Positions 62,101 through 64,000 of a stretch of 64,000 bases of DNA are shown here, in pieces; the stretch's first letter is position 1; each line of letters begins with the position of its first letter. This DNA is from Phoronis australis. Its lineage: Eukaryota; Animalia; Phoronida. The stretch spans positions 1,392,618 to 1,456,617 of the forward strand of contig NMRA01000013.1 in assembly GCA_002633005.1 (NCBI GenBank), written 5' to 3'. A model generated the notes under the pieces. That model was not told the DNA's origin and ran no database searches. It saw nothing but the letters and a program-made list of their open reading frames with translations. The translations under genes and the position numbers were made by a program.

Positions 62101-64000
62101 AAGTACTTTTGGCTTGTACCATTAAAAGGGTAACAGACTCAATCAAAACTTGAAATCAGCTGAGCTTTTTAGGGGGTGGGGGTTGTTAAGTGGCGTAAAC
62201 CTTTTTAGACACTTTGTAGCTGTGTCATATGCATGTAAATTTATTGGAAATGTGTTCCACCTGCTGTCAAACTTGTCATAATATCCGAACATGTATTGTT
62301 GAAATGCCTTAAGGGTTTAGCAAAAGTGTCAGTTGTGACATAGGGCTTTATCTTAAGTGTACTTAAAATTCTTTATTGTCTCAAATTTATCATGCCGCGT
62401 TATTTGACTGAAATTAGTTCAGGTTGTCGGCTGCCATTGAATTAGCAAGAGTTTTTATTGAACAGGAATTTTGTTAAAGCTGGATTTGTGTATAGAATGA
62501 CTGTTTATCTACCTTTAACAATGGTGCTGTCTAACTGTAGTCGTTGTTCGCAAACAATATGAACCGTCGTAAAAGTAATCTACATGTATAATATTGAGAG
62601 AGCACTCACTCTAGTAGTTAGAAGTTAGTGAATGAGTGAAATCATATTTACCGTGGTTCAGATGACGAAACATCTTTAAAAAATTCAAATTTCTGAGAAA
62701 GGCTGTCGCATCGTGCAAGATAAGTTTTCCTGTAAAATGTTATGATGAACAAATAACTGTTTGTGTAGTACAGGCTATAAATGATTAAGACAAAATGATC
62801 TGGGATTTCGAATAATGATATAGGGCATGTCATGGCTGTAGTGGTCATCTGGTTGATTTTGACAATTTTTTTGAGAAATTGGTGAGACATTAACGTAAAA
62901 TAAGGCAGAAATTTTACTGTGAAACTTGGCTTGTATTGCTGTGTTGAGTTCTAGCCAATCATTTCAGTAGAATCAGCTGTCATTACTGGGCAACAGCTGT
63001 TTGTCTTACAACTTTTGGTGTGGACCCTAGTCCTTGCTGTTTATGCAATATATGGCAAAAGTAATCGGACAAAAAACTGTTTCGCTGTCAGGATGGCTAA
63101 TTACTGTTGCGGGGAAATTCTAATTACGGAATGGCTCACCTACCTTTATTTTACTGTTAATTCTCCTTTATTTTTGGGTCACAAGAAAAAGCTATTTTGA
63201 CGATGAATTTGGCTTCTGCCAGTCATGATACGGAATTGCAGGACATTTTGTCTCAATACTTTTGGCTTGTCCGTAGTGCTTATGGTTATTTTCATCGGGG
63301 TTAAAGGTCACACGATACGACATGGGAGTTAATTCACTTGGTGTCCAAGTTACAGAGACAGAATCTCAACAGCATTCCAGCAGTGGCAGAGAATAGTTTG
63401 TGTGACTGAACTATTGCGCTGTTGCCGACTGTAGGACATTGTAATGTTAGCGGCGATTGTGATCTCTTTTAAATTTGTCGAAGAAGAACCGGGAATGGCT
63501 ATGGTGGTGGCAGTGAGCTGGAATTTGAGTATGCGAATTCTGAGAAAAAATGTCGGGTAATTTAATCTTCCTCATGTCAGTCCTAAGTATCCTTGCTGGT
63601 ATGGCAATATTCACTCTCTACTCGGAAATTCTAAGCAGTCGAGTTTCCTGGTTTTTAGATTTATATTCTGACACTATGACAGAAATTGTGGACTAGTGCG
63701 CATGTGTACATTAACAACTCTGGAATTCTGAAGTGGTAAAGATTTTGTAGCGTTTGATTTGTAAATTCCAGGTAAGGAAATAATAGCAGTTGGATGACTG
63801 CCAGATTTTGCTCACTCTTTAATTGTCCGCGTGTTTCGTTTGCTCATTTCCTGTTTTGAAATGCAATAAGTTGGCATGGCAGCGGTCTGTGCTTTGTCTA
63901 TTGTCCTGGTCTGAAAGTTACGCATGTAAAACCATAGATTGTAGTGTAGTAAGATGCACAGCTTCGTAAAGTCTCTTGTACTGGTATTTTTTCTTCCAGT

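Noticed and set aside
60794-64000. PSMD6 downstream of ATXN7, as in human
   Set aside because: I found no PSMD6-like exon on either strand within the window.

Overview
This is AT-rich, intron-containing eukaryotic DNA, probably from an invertebrate animal (taxon not determinable here), in a draft assembly with N gaps at 399, 32411-32417, 45469, 49363 and 58789. I reconstructed three spliced host genes by hand, with GT-AG boundaries and consistent phases. (1) The 3' part of an IQSEC/BRAG-family Arf-GEF on + (8 exons, 7539-13196; Sec7 + PH; ends in -SEV*). (2) A complete THOC7 on - (8 exons, 50031 to 30269, 195 aa). (3) A complete ataxin-7 family gene on + (11 exons, 50311-60793, 819 aa, no polyQ). 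THOC7 and the ataxin-7 gene are head-to-head with 279 bp between ATGs, the same arrangement as human THOC7/ATXN7. Between the convergent IQSEC and THOC7 3' ends lies a ~9 kb mosaic (19.4-28.6 kb) of abutting transposon fragments: BEL/Pao, Kolobok-like, Gypsy-like, SWIM, THAP, Mutator/Kolobok-like (x2) and piggyBac. All coding remnants face +, and candidate non-coding minus-strand exons bracket the block. My best candidate for an undescribed system is therefore a uni-strand antisense TE-trap (piRNA-cluster-like) locus; this is inference only. Introns carry a degenerate L1/Tx1 LINE, many MITEs, a SINE head, hammerhead-like relics and a minisatellite built from the THOC7 exon-2 splice acceptor. 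Family assignments come from remembered motifs, not database searches.
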